Origin: Eledone cirrhosa | Taxonomy: Eukaryota | Assembly: GCA_964016885.1 (NCBI GenBank) | Contig: OZ024743.1 | Coordinates: 207,452,001 to 207,516,000, forward strand | Direction: 5' to 3' | Length of the DNA: 64,000 nucleotides | In this document: piece by piece, positions 11,017-23,691 of the stretch | Layout: each line of letters begins with the position of its first letter | Position numbering within the stretch: position 1 is the stretch's first letter | The notes under the pieces: generated by a model | What the model was told of the DNA's origin: nothing | What the model saw: the letters and a program-made list of their open reading frames with translations, nothing else | The model's database searches: none | Made by a program: the position numbers and the translations under genes

Positions 11017-11195
11017 TATAAAGAGTCAGGACCCAATGGCTGAGCACATACCATTTCAACAGCTAGTTCCAGACTCTGGAACTAGCTGTTGAAATGGTAT
11101 GTGCTCAGCCATTGGGTCTCGACTCTTTATAATATAACCATATCTAGAACTCTGTTGAGTAATGGTCTAACCATTTTCAAACTGAATCCATCCCG
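11017..11195 (+). repeat. Palindrome-headed dispersed repeat (perfect 44-bp arms)
   Basis: 11030-11073 is the exact reverse complement of 11075-11118. The tail ACTCTGTTGAGTAATGGTCTAAC is shared with 40925-41105. Confidence 0.9.
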
Positions 11196-11213
11196 ATATA
11201 TATATATATATAT

Positions 11214-12286
11214 ATCATCATCATCATTTTGCGTCCACTTTTCCCTGATTGCAATGGTGGGACGGGTCCTATTGAGCACAGCATCTCTCGATCTGAAGTC
11301 AGCTCTCATCACCTACGCTCATGTTTTTCGTGGTCTTCCTCTACTGTGTCTTCTTTCAATAGGCATTTCTTGGCACTTCTTTACCCAGCGGTCATCCTCC
11401 ATGTGCATCACATATCCATACCATCGCAGTTTTCTCTCCCGCACACTACAACTTATCCCTCTTAAACACAGTTTCGCTCTCAACACATCCATGCTCGGTC
11501 ATTCACGTACATTGACATTGCACATCTAACGGAGCATGCTTGCTTCATTTCTCTCCAGCCATCGCATATCCTCTGCAGTTGCTGCCCATGTCTCACTACC
11601 ATGCAGCATCGTGCACCTCACACAGGCATTATATAACCAGCTTTTCGTACGCAGGGAGAAACCCTCCTTCGTCAGCAGAGGAAGCAGCTCCCTAAACTTC
11701 TTCCAACCCGTCCTTATTCTAGATACTATGACCTCGGAACACCCCCTCCCATGCTAATCTGATCGCCTAGGTACCGGAAGCTATCGACCACTTCTATAGA
11801 ACCCACCTGCATTTGAAAAATGTGTCTATCAATGCGACTTCTACTAATTTCCCTGTACATCTACTGCATACGTATTTTTCCCTATATGTTAGTTTGCCTG
11901 CTATCCCACTACATCTGTTGTGTACCCAGGATCTGCATTGTGTACATTTTATAGAATTTATGCCAGTTCTTTTTCTGTATATCGAACATGGCCATTTCCC
12001 TGACGGAATCAGAGTTTTGTCCTCTTTTCTACTTATCAATACTTTTGTCTTAGCTAGGTTCACTCTCATTCCTCTTGATTCCAACTGCTGTTTCCATAGC
12101 CAGAGTTTATTCTCTAGCTCCTCTACTGATTCTGCTATAAGAAGCAGATCGTCAGCATAGAGAAGTTCCCATGGGAATCCAGTCTTAAACTCCTGTTATG
12201 GCTTGGAGGACTATAATGAACAAGAGCAGGCTGAGGACCGAACCCTGATGTACTCCTACTTGTGTCTGGAATTCCTCACTAAACTC
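11214..12286 (-). mobile_element. 5'-truncated RTE LINE, decayed
   Basis: Close paralog of 31848-33167 with frameshifts and a short 3' deletion; (GAT)n tail; (TA)n on both sides. Confidence 0.92.
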
Positions 12287-13665
12287 TATATATATATATA
12301 AATAAATAAATCGTTTGGTTTATCTTTCTGATCTAAGACCAAAATCCAATCAAACCTTCCATCATGCTCTGCTCAAAATCCTGTCATCTGTTTTAAATGT
12401 GGCTTAATGTGTAAATGAGCAGCTGGACTACAGTGATAGTTAAGGTATAACTATATAAAAATGATCTGGCAGTGCTGTTGAACCCTCATATGTCGATATA
12501 CAACGGGAGAACCCATCTTATATATAATGGAAAGTAACTGATAGTTTAATATATATTGACCTTGCTTTGTAATGTTAAATGTACTATTTATAAAGGTTTA
12601 AACCCATATTGTGAATTTGCTCTTTTGGGTGTTTGTAGATAAAGAATTGTGTGTAGTTAAATACTTCTCAAAATGAGAAGAACTTAGTAGAAACTGAACT
12701 TTTAAACTGTTGGCATTAGTAATAACACCCTTATTTCTCTTACAACATATTATCAACCTTCTTCATGTTTATATAGTTTTCTCTTATTATTTTCATTGCC
12801 TTTTTTTCTTCATTTGTTGGATACCATAGAAATTATAGCCAGCCTTGCCTGGAATTATGTTGAAATGTCATTTTACTAAAAACTATGGAATTAAGGTTAT
12901 TGCTTTAGATTGTAACTTTATCCAACAGATTCTATTTAACGACTCTTAATGTTATTTTACTGTAATATGAATTAGGATTTTGGTTTTGCTCTCTGTCTCC
13001 TTAGGAATGTCTGCTGTTTAATCTGATAAACTTAAATGTCAGGTCATCTAGTTTAGTATGAAATAAAAATCCTTTTATCCTTAATTGGACTATCACTCCC
13101 TTAGAACCATTTATTGACAACATTTTGCAATGCTGTAAATTATTCAGTTATTCACTGCTGTTACTGATAAAAGAGTACCCTTTGTTTTGCATAGTGGATG
13201 GGCAGAATTGGTAGAGCATCGGACAATATACTTTGCAGTATTTAGTTATGGCCCTTTACATTCTGAGTTCAAATTCTGCCAAGGTTAACTTTGCTTTTCA
13301 CCCTTATGTGGTCGATAAAATAAAGTACCAGTGCTGGCCTTGTTCCAAATGTAGAAACAATTATTTCAGTAAAATACACCACATATAAAACATAAAAAGA
13401 AATGAAATTAGTGAAGTATTTTTTTCTATCTGTATATTATCATAATTTTACCTGTTTTTCCATGCTTACATGGATTGTAAATGATGATGATTGTGCTTTT
13501 CATAATTTAGCAGGGCTTTTCTAGCTGAATGTTCTTTCCAACACAAACCACTTTACAAAGTCAATATTGTCTGGTTACATTTTTCATGGCTGGCACCAGC
13601 ATTAGAAATGTCTGTCAAGACTGAAGAAACCTCTTTATCTTGTATCAGTTTTTAACCTTAACGTA

Positions 13666-14013
13666 CTCTCAGGTCTCAAATATCACCCCACCCCTGCTTA
13701 TTAATTTTTCAGATTTTTTCCACCCACACCTACTCTTATTTCCCCCACCACTTATTAATTTTTACTAATCTATCTCCAGCAAAATTTTATTTTAAGTGGT
13801 AGCATTTCTGCAACAATTAATTTCCGTTAGATATTAAAAAACATTATACATGACAAAAACAGTACATCACTAGAAATTCCATATGTTATAAAATAAATAG
13901 GATGGATTAGGGTTTCAGTATGTAAACTGATTAATTTTTGTTTTTAAAAAATTCAATAGATTAAACCTAGAAAAATTACCAATTCACCCCACCTATTATT
14001 TGGGACCCGAGAG
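13666..14013. mobile_element. Tc1/mariner-type MITE
   Basis: Terminal inverted repeats (TIRs) CTCTCAGGTCTCAAATA / TATTTGGGACCCGAGAG, flanked by TA on both sides. Confidence 0.75.
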
Positions 14014-14469
14014 TATCTGCTCTCATAGATGGGTTGCCTTCACTATAGTTTACAGAACCCACATCAAGCCCTTTCAGTCATATTTATTCTGAGTAACTGT
14101 CTATAACCTATGGAGACCATGTCTACCTCATTCCGTCTTATTTATTTGGAGTGACAGGTTACTTTTGTTAAGGTTTTATAAAATAGTTTTACCGTCAGCA
14201 GCTCAGCAGCCAACTGGCCTGTTCTTCCTCATAATGGTGCCATCCACCTCTACACTGTAAACTGGTTGTGGCTACCAAACTGGTTCTGCTATGAACACAT
14301 CACACATCCTTTACATTTACTGTCCACACCACTTGCAGGTATCATACAACTGACCCTAAGCTGTGTATATTTATTATTACCTCATTTGTATTTCTACATT
14401 TGTCAAACCTACAGTATTTCTTTTTTCAAACCCCTTCCTATCCATTGCCATTCTTGCACAAACTGGTTT

Positions 14470-16050
14470 TGTGCCACTCCTCACCCCCTTGTCCCACTCC
14501 TCACCCCCTTGTCCCACTCCTCACCCCCTTGTCCCACTCCTCACCCCCTTGTCCCACTCCTCACCCCCTTGTCCCACTCCTCACCCCCTTGTCCTAATCC
14601 TCACCCCCTTGTCCTAATCCTCACCCCCTTGTCCCACTCCTCACCCCCTTGTCCTAATCCTCACCCCCTTGTGCCACTCCTGACTCCCTTGTGCTACTCC
14701 TGACTCCCTTGTGCTACTCCTGACTCCCTTGTGCTACTCCTGACTCCCTTGTGCTACTCCTGACTCCCTTGTGCTACTCCTGACTCCCGTGTGCTACTCC
14801 TGACTCCCTTGTGCTACTCCTGACTCCCTTGTGCTACTCCTGACTCCCGTGTGCTACTCCTGACTCCCTTGTGCTACTCCTGACTCCCGTGTGCTACTCC
14901 TGACTCCCGTGTGCTACTCCTGACTCCCGTGTGCTACTCCTGACTCCCTTGTGCTACTCCTGACTCCCGTGTGCTACTCCTGACTCCCGTGTGCTACTCC
15001 TGACTCCCGTGTGCTACTCCTGACTCCCGTGTGCTACTCCTGACTCCCGTGTGCTACTCCTGACTCCCGTGTGCTACTCCTGACTCCCGTGTGCTACTCC
15101 TGACTCCCGTGTGCTACTCCTGACTCCCCTTGTGCTACTCCTGACTCCCCTTGTGCCACCCTTACTCCTCTTGTTCCACCCTTACTTCCCTTGTACCACT
15201 TCTGGACCCTCTTGTACCACTCCTGACCCCCCTTGTACCACCCTGGCTCCCTTGTACCACCCTGGCTCCCTTTATACCACCCTGGCTCCCCTTGTGCCAC
15301 CCTGGCTCCCCTTGTGCCACCCTGGCTCCCCTTGTGCCACCCTGGCTCCCCTTGTGCCACCCTGGCTCCCCTTGTGCCACCCTGGCTCCCCTTGTGCCAC
15401 CCTGGCTCCCCTTGTGCCACCCTGGCTCCCCTTGTGCCACCCTGGCTCTCCTTGTGCCACCCTGGCTCTCCTTGTGCCACCCTGGCTCTCCTTGTGCCAC
15501 CCTGGCTCTCCTTGTGCCACCCAGGCTCTCCCTTGTGCCACCCAGGCTCTCCCTTGTGCCACCCAGGCTCTCCCTTGTGCCACCCAGGCTCTCCCTTGTG
15601 CCACCCAGGCTCTCCCTTGTGCCACCCAGGCTCTCCCTTGTGCCACCCAGGCTCTCCCTTGTGCCACCCAGGCTCTCCCTTGTGCCACCCAGGCTCTCCC
15701 TTGTGCCACCCAGGCTCTCCCTTGTGCCACCCAGGCTCTCCCTTGTGCCACCCAGGCTCTCCTTTGTGCCAACCCTGGCTCTACTTTGTGCCAACCCTGG
15801 CTCTACTTTGTGCCAACCCTGGCTCTACTTTGTGTCACCCTGGCTCTACTTTGTGTCACCCTGGCTCCCCTTTGTACCATCCCTGGTTCGCCTTGTGCCA
15901 CCCCTGGTTCCCCTTGTGCCACCCCTGGTTCCCCTTGTGCCACCCCTGGTGTCACCCCTGGCTCCCCTTGTGCCACCCCAACCCCCTTGTACCACCCCTG
16001 TCACCCCTTGTACCGCCCCTTGTGCCACCCCTTGTGCCACCCCTTGCTCA
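14470..16050. repeat. 20-21 bp C-rich minisatellite with progressively changing unit
   Basis: Successive blocks of TCACCCCCTTGTCCCACTCC, TGACTCCC(T/G)TGTGCTACTCC, CCTGGCTCCCCTTGTGCCAC and CCAGGCTCTCCCTTGTGCCAC. Confidence 0.95.
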
Positions 16051-16929
16051 CCTTTGTGTTTATTGATACTATCTTTTCATTTCATCTTCTGCACACTCCA
16101 TAGTTTTGTTTGTCCATCTACTATTTTCTATTCTCACTAAATTATGTCTTGCTCACCTCCATTTTGTTTTTGCTTCTATTTCCTCATATTTCACACCCAA
16201 TTTTATCTTTCAGTTTAATATTCACCATTCTTCTTTCCATGGTATAATTTGCATTGTTTTGATAGTCTTGTTAATATTCTAATCTTCGATTATGTTGTTA
16301 TACAAAAGACAACATTTGAAAATCAGTTTAAACCAAAACAATTTTATGCTTAGTGAAACAGAAACATCAAAGGAAACTAATGATAGTCTGGAATAGATTA
16401 AACTTTTCTTTATAGAAAACCAAGCTGCTGACTTTTCAGTTAGGGTATAAGAGTGGAGCCTATTGTTAGTAAAGTAGACTGAAGGCAAACTGAAGGATTT
16501 GTGGGTTTCACTGTAAGAAATTGGAGAATTGTTTGAGCAGTAAATAAAGTACTTTGAAATGTTTAGTTGCATTCATTGGTTTCAAGTTCAAATCCTTACA
16601 GAGTTAGTTATATTTTTAATCCTTCAGTAAAGATACTATAAACATTTGAATTAACAAAAATGTCTTTAGATATTTTCTGCTAAATCATTACAGGATATTA
16701 AGAGTTAAACTATAACTGTTCTAAGCTGGTGCTTATCTCTGCTTTCTTTGGTGTTAAGCAACTGAGAGTACAAGACTCTCCCTGGATAGGATATCAGTCT
16801 ATCTCAAGATGAACTCCCCAGCTACCGCTGGTACTCAGTCTTAGCTGAGCATTCTGGAGCAACATGAAAATACTGTTTTGCTCAAGAATACAATGCAACT
16901 AAAGGAATGGTTTAAGGGGAATCTGAGGT

Positions 16930-17188
16930 GGTGTGCAAAAGAGAAGACTGCATTAGTATGGACATATGATGCACATGGACAATGATTGTTGGGTGAAGTG
17001 TCAGGAAATGCCAGCAGAAGGAAGTCTCAGTAGAGGTGGACCAAGGAAGACCTGGGCAGAGGTGATGAGAGCTGACTTCAAATCACAGACTCACAGAGGA
17101 GATGACAAGTGGAGAGATGTCTTGGTGAGAAAGACCCATCCAACCCATGCAAGCGTGGAAAAAGGGACATAAAAACGATGATGATGAT
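16930..17188 (+). mobile_element. RTE LINE 3' end remnant
   Basis: CWVKCQEMPAEG...GPRKTWAEV plus a (GAT)n tail. Similar remnants at ~25488-25760 (-), 42875-43014 (-) and 47870-48140 (+). Confidence 0.8.
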
Positions 17189-18021
17189 CTTCTTAATATC
17201 AATTCATTCATAGTAACTGACTTATGAAGACAAACAAGTAGAGTTATTTGAAATATTTAGATTAAAATGTATAATAATTGGAATTCTAAATCTCATTTTC
17301 AGAAGATATTTGATATTGTCATAAATGTTATATTATTTTACATTTATTGTAAACTAAGTTAAAACCAGTTGCCACATGTGGTAGAAATTATTGAGTTTTC
17401 AGTTGGTGTTAATATTACAAAACTGATTTACTTTCTATTTTCGTTATTTTGTTCAGTTTATTCAACATATGTTAATACAACACTTATCACATTCTTATAA
17501 AATATGTTGCTGAATTAGTAATAATAATAATGCCTTAGTAATAATAATAAAGGTTTCTGATTTAGGCACAAGGGCCATAACTCTAAGCATGTTGTCTGAC
17601 ACTCTACTGATTTTGCCAATATAATAAAATATAATAATAATAATGATAATAATTACCTGCTGCAAAAGCAACATAATTTGCATTAATATATCATTTATCA
17701 TTATCCCAGTGATTTCTTACAAGAGAACTGGAGACAAAGAAAGAATAAATAAGATTTTTATGCCTTTTTCAAGTTATAATGAAGAAATAAAGTGAAATAA
17801 ATAGAATGAGACATTGAAGGATGTGGAGTAAATTCAAGGCATTTTTCTACTAAGCTTAGCATATATTCTATCGTTATTTTGTACACAGTAGAGAACATTA
17901 ATTGAATCCTAGGTTATTGCTGATACCATGATAGTGCTGGTGACACAATAAAATGCACCTAATCAACTATGTAAGATGTAAGGTGATTGGTATTAGGAAA
18001 GGCATCCAACTGTAGAAAACA

Positions 18022-19180
18022 TGTTTTAGCCCATCACATCCCATCCAACCTACTTTGCTTTAGACCATCACATCCCATTCCATTCAACTTTGTTTTAGAG
18101 TCTAAAACAAAGTAGGATGGAATGGGATGTGATGGTCTAAAACAAAGTAGGATGGAATGGGATGTGATGGTCTAAAACAAAGTAGGATGGAATGGGATGT
18201 GATGGTCTAAAACAAAGTAGGATGGCATGGGATGTGATGGTCTTAAATTTAGACCATCCCATTCCATCCTACTTTGTTTTAGCCCATCACATCCCATTCC
18301 ATCCTACTTTGTTTTAGACCATCACATCCCCTTCCATCCTACTTTGTTTTAGACCATCACACCCCCTTCCATCCTACTTTGTTTTAGACCATCACATCCC
18401 ATGCCATCCTACTTTGTTTTAGACCGTCGCATCCCATTCTATCCTACTTTGTTTTAGACCGTCACACCCCATTCCATCCTACTTTGTTTTAGACCATCAC
18501 ATCCCATGCCATCCTACTTTGTTTTAGACCGTCACATCCCATTCCACCCTACTTTGTTTTAGACCATCACATCCCATTCCACCCTACTTTGTTTTAGACC
18601 ATCACATCCCATTCCACCCTACTTTGTTTTAGACCATCACATCCCATTCCACCCTACTTTGTTTTAGACCATCACACCCCATTCCATCCTACTTTGTTTT
18701 AGACCATCACACCCCATTCCATCCTACTTTGTTTTAGACCATCACACCCCATTCCATCCTACTTTGTTTTAGACCATCACACCCCATTCCATCCTACTTT
18801 GTTTTAGACCATCACACCCCATTCCATCCTACTTTGTTTTAGACCATCACACCCCATTCCATCCTACTTTGTTTTAGACCATCCCATTCCATCCTGCTTT
18901 GTTTTAGCCCATCACTTCCCATTCCATCCTACTTTGTTTTAGACCATCACATCCCATTCCATCCTACTTTGTTTTAGACCATCACATCCCATTCCATCCT
19001 ACTTTGTTTTAGACCATCACATCCCATTCCACCCTACTTTGTTTTAGACCATCACATCCAACCTATTTTGTTTTAGGTTGGAATGGGATGTGATAGTCTA
19101 TTTTGTTTTAGACCATCACATCACATCCCATTCCATCCTACTTTGTTTTAGACCATCACATCCAACCTATTTTGTTTTTA
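18022..19180. repeat. 35-bp minisatellite with internal inverted blocks
   Basis: Unit AGACCATCACATCCCATTCCATCCTACTTTGTTTT. About 4 units are inverted at 18101-18243, with a short inversion near 19075-19100. Confidence 0.95.
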
Positions 19181-20550
19181 TCATCCCATCCCATACCAAT
19201 ATGGAAACTGGACCTAAAAACAGTGATGTTACAGAATAATATATTTAACGATATAGTCAGGAGGTTGGCAGCGATCACAGCTTTTTTGTAGGGCCCTCAA
19301 GACTGGGGAGGGGAAAAAGAAGTCAGAAACGACTTATGAGTTATATAGAGACTTGTCTATATTCATGCAACAGAGGGATCGTTGCTAGAAAGTCCCCTCT
19401 TCAATGTCTAGCTGTTAAATTACCTGAGGGATTAACTTTATTCACCAATAATAGATACATATTTGTTAGGTTTCTGCATAGTTTCACTCACCAAAGATTG
19501 GATGTCTGTTGTTATAACCTTAGATTGAGCTAAGTGCTACACAATGGGATGAAACTTGAAACCATGGACTTAGCCACACAACCCTACCTATATGAAATAT
19601 TACTTTACTCATCTGTAGTAGTTTATGAAGAACAATTTGAATGTGATGAATGGTAAATGTAAGATTGAGTAAATGAGGGTTGTTGATCAAGAAAGTAACT
19701 CTCATTTGATATGGTATGGGCCCATAACTCCTGAAGGAGTTGTGGGGGTATCATATTGACATAGAGCATTTCTTGGAGTATTTAAAAACCTGGCTTAGTC
19801 TTTCTCCAGGTCTGAGTACAGCAAGTTTCTTCCAGAGAAAGATAGAAAGTGAGAGAAAGGAAGTGAGAAAAGGATATAGAGGAAGAATCGACCCCAGACT
19901 GGTACCTTTTTTTTTTTTATTGACATTGAATGGATGAAAGGCAAAGTTGACTTGAGTGGGATTTGAACTCAGAGCAGAACCAAAGCGAATGCCACAAATC
20001 ATTCTATCTGATGTTCTAATAACTCTGCCAATTCATCTGCTTGAAGCAAAAAAAAAAAAAATTGGTTGTAAAGAATACTCAGTCATCACTACCCAAATAT
20101 AGAAGCCTGGATAATGTGGGAGAATACTCTGTGGTATACAGAACTCCTGGCATAAGCTATCTCATGGTTCCAATGGAGAAAATGTTTCTCTGGAGGCTGG
20201 AAAGGGAGATGTATGTTATCTTGGTATATGATATCTATAGAGGAGCAATGAATTCAATGTAAATGTATTATAGATGCTGGGAATACAAATGATGTGATGA
20301 CTTGGGTTAGTAAGTCAACACATGTCTGTAGAAGAGATAGATTAAAGAAGATTTCACATTAATTTGTAAGATTAGACATTATGTTGATCCTCACATAAAA
20401 ATCGTGTGAAATAAAGATACGAGAAAATACTGACTGCCCACGGCTGTTAGAATGATTTGTTGTGTGTCTTAGCATTTGTAATGGTGAGTTGATACACTGT
20501 AACCAATATGAAGATAACACAAGCTTTTACAAGACTCCGAGCTTTATTTA

Positions 20551-20927
20551 TTAACCCTTTCATTACCAAATTTCTAATGTAAGAAACTGTCTGTCGTTAA
20601 CCCTTCCATTACTGTATTTCTAATGAAAGACACTGTCTATCATTAACACTTTCATTACCATATTTCTCATGAAAGGCACTGTCATTAACCCTTTCATTAC
20701 CATATTTCTAATGAAAGACATTGATTTTCAAACCATTTAAAAAAAAAAAAAAAAAAAAAAAAAATTGGATGGATTTAATAGCACAACTAATTTTCTCTTT
20801 ATTAGGCTTGTGTTTGGAAAATAACTTAACAAAGGTTCATCCATAAAAGTATGGTTGAATGTTTTTAGATATATAAACACTTCAAAATAACCAGAGATTT
20901 TAAGCAGTTTGGTATGAAAAAGGTTAA
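20551..20927. mobile_element. piggyBac-like MITE with fourfold repeated terminus
   Basis: TTAACCCTTTCATTACC occurs four times (with variants) in 20551-20720; the other end is AAAGGTTAA; related to 51762-52051. Confidence 0.65.
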
Positions 20928-21742
20928 TTAAATTTATGAAAGCAATAGTGAAAAGAACAGAAGAATTTGGTATAATTAATTTGAAGATATTAAAGTAGGT
21001 CTATGAGAATTTTCTGAAGACAGTGATTCCAATATCAAAAGTTACTTGTAAGAGATAAGACTGAGATAAACATGTTAAGAAATTAGTTGGCATAAATTCA
21101 ATTAGCAAATGGGGAAATCTTGTTAGAATTCTTCAAATATTGTTATCCAAGATGTTCTATAATGTTCTCCAGAATATTTCTTTGTTGATCATTTAGATAT
21201 AGTACACCTAGAGATACTAGAGTACATTAGATATACTACAGTAATCTAGAGATACTACAGTGCATCTTAAAAAATTAATCAGTTAAACTAGATTAACAAC
21301 CCCAACATAGAATAATGGAATCAGAAAAAGAGACGAGAACTGTAAAATTCTATTATTGAATTAAAAATCTCTTTCTGAATTCTATTTGGCAACTGTGTAT
21401 GTAAAGCTCAAGGTTAACTTTGCCTTTCATCCTTTTGAGGTTGATAAAAGAAGTACCAGTCAAGTACTGGGGTCGATTCTTTCTCTATATCACTTTCTAT
21501 CATTCTCTGGAAGAAATATGCTCTATTCAGATCTGGAGAGATGGGTTCTGCCATAGAAAATGCTGTATGACAGATTGTTGTGAACATTTGCAGTATTATT
21601 TCTTAACCATTTGTAATGATTTAGCAGAAAATAGCTAAAAACAGGTTTGTTAAATCAAATATTTGTAGTATATTTACTAGTGGACAGATTGTTGTGAAAA
21701 TTTGTAGTATTTGTCCCTTTATTTTACAGACTGTATTATCAA

Positions 21743-22090
21743 ATGTTGGTCAGATCAGGCCCCTGTCTGCTACTGGTATCATGTAACCCAGTACAACCTG
21801 TTTCATGGTCAAGTGGTCAGCGACTAAACCAGATCCCTGACTTACCCTGCTCACTAGACCCTGGTCAGGTAAGGAGGGTAAGTGGAACCCCAGCAGCACA
21901 AAAGAAAAAACAAAACGAGCTGTTAACAGTGTGGATGAACTCCTCAACATCAATGGCCACCCACCCCGACTATGGGTTAAATAGCCTCATCAACCCACAA
22001 TTGGCCAAGTGTGGTGAGTACGGTCACAGAGCTAATCTGACCAAATCCAAACAGAAAGCAGTGGAAATCAGCCAAGGAGAGGTTATTCTT
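21743..22090 (+). mobile_element. Dispersed repeat module, probable LINE 5' UTR (copy B)
   Basis: Homologous to the reverse complement of 1238-1430. Confidence 0.6.
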
Positions 22091-22409
22091 CCAAAGAAAT
22101 ACACTCTATTTTAATTAATGAATAATTTCAAGGGATTTTTGAAAATTTTTAATTATTTCATTACTAAGATAGTAACTTAATGTAAGGTTCTTATATGAAT
22201 TATGTTAGAAAGTTTTAATTTAAATTGGAACCCTTTAAAATGGGGGTGGGTGGGGTTATTTCATAGAACCAGAGTTGGTTTTGGCTGGATTGGTAACTAA
22301 AGGATTAAGATATCTCTCTCTTCTTGGGTACAAATATCAGTTTACATTGCAGGTTTATGCTCATGGCAGTATTTGAGCTTGGAACTTTAAAATTTATTGG
22401 CAAAAATGT

Positions 22410-23142
22410 TACCACCATCGTCACCACAGTCACCACAGTCACCACCAGTCACCATCACCGCCACCACCAGTCACCATCACCGCCACCACCAGTCACCATC
22501 ACCGCCACCACCAGTCACCATCACCGCCACCACCAGTCACCATCACCGCCACCACCAGTCACCATCACCGCCACCACCAGTCACCATCACCGCCACCACC
22601 AGTCACCATCACTATCACCGCCATCACCATCATCATCACCATCAACATCACCATCATCACCATCAACATCACCATCATCACCATCATCACAATCATCACC
22701 ATCATCAACACCACGTCAACACCGACGCCACCACCGCCGACGCCGCCACCACCATCATCACCTTCACCATCATCACCTTCACCACCACCATCATCATCAC
22801 CTTCACCACCACCATCATCATCACCTTCACCACCACCATCATCATCACCTTCACCACCACCATCATCATCACCACCACCATCATCATCACCACCACCATC
22901 ATCACCTTCACCACCACCATCATCACCTTCACCACCACCATCATCATCACCTTCACCACCACCATCATCATCACCTTCACCACCATCATCACCTTCACCA
23001 CCACCATCATCACCTTCACCACCACCATCATCATCACCACCACCACCATCATCATCACCACCACCATCATCATCACCTTCACCACCACCATCATCATCAC
23101 CTTCACCACCACCATCATCATCACCTTCACCATCATCACCTT

Positions 23143-23174
<32 letters not shown>

Positions 23175-23310
23175 TCATCACCTTCACCATCATCATCATC
23201 AACTTCATCATCACCTTCACCATCATCATCACCTTCACCACCACCACCACCACCTTCACCACCACCACCACCACCACCACCACCTTCACCACCACCACCA
23301 CCACCACCAT
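22410..23310. repeat. 22-bp repeat grading into a (CAC/CAT)n tract
   Basis: CACCACCAGTCACCATCACCGC units followed by CAC/CAT/CTT triplets. Confidence 0.92.
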
Positions 23311-23691
23311 TCAACATCCATTTACCATACATGTATGGGTTATACTTCAGTAATGACATATCTGAGCAGTCAATGAGGTACTATCACCATTTTATCTGGT
23401 ATACTATAAGTTGTTGTTATCTCAGTTTAGTTCCAACTCTCCACAGGTAGTGTCAGACAAAATGTCATTGTAGATTAATAGAAGGGAAGAAATAATTATA
23501 TTAGTATACTAGTAATTTGTTGTTAAGATATTACTAACACCTTTACATCATTAGTAATCTATGGTGGTTGTCCTGTACCACTTGAAACCACAAGACAATT
23601 TTGAAATGTACAAAACCGAACTAAGACTGCATCAGATCAAAATAAAGCCTTTACTCTAATATTGTAAATTTTCACAATGCTCTGTCGACTA

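Noticed and set aside
15094-16140. Collagen-like or Pro-rich repeat proteins
   Set aside because: Open in most frames on both strands; a minisatellite artefact.
22324-23376. His-rich or Gly/Asp-rich protein ORFs
   Set aside because: Open in several frames because of a trinucleotide repeat; no unique domain or convincing splice sites.
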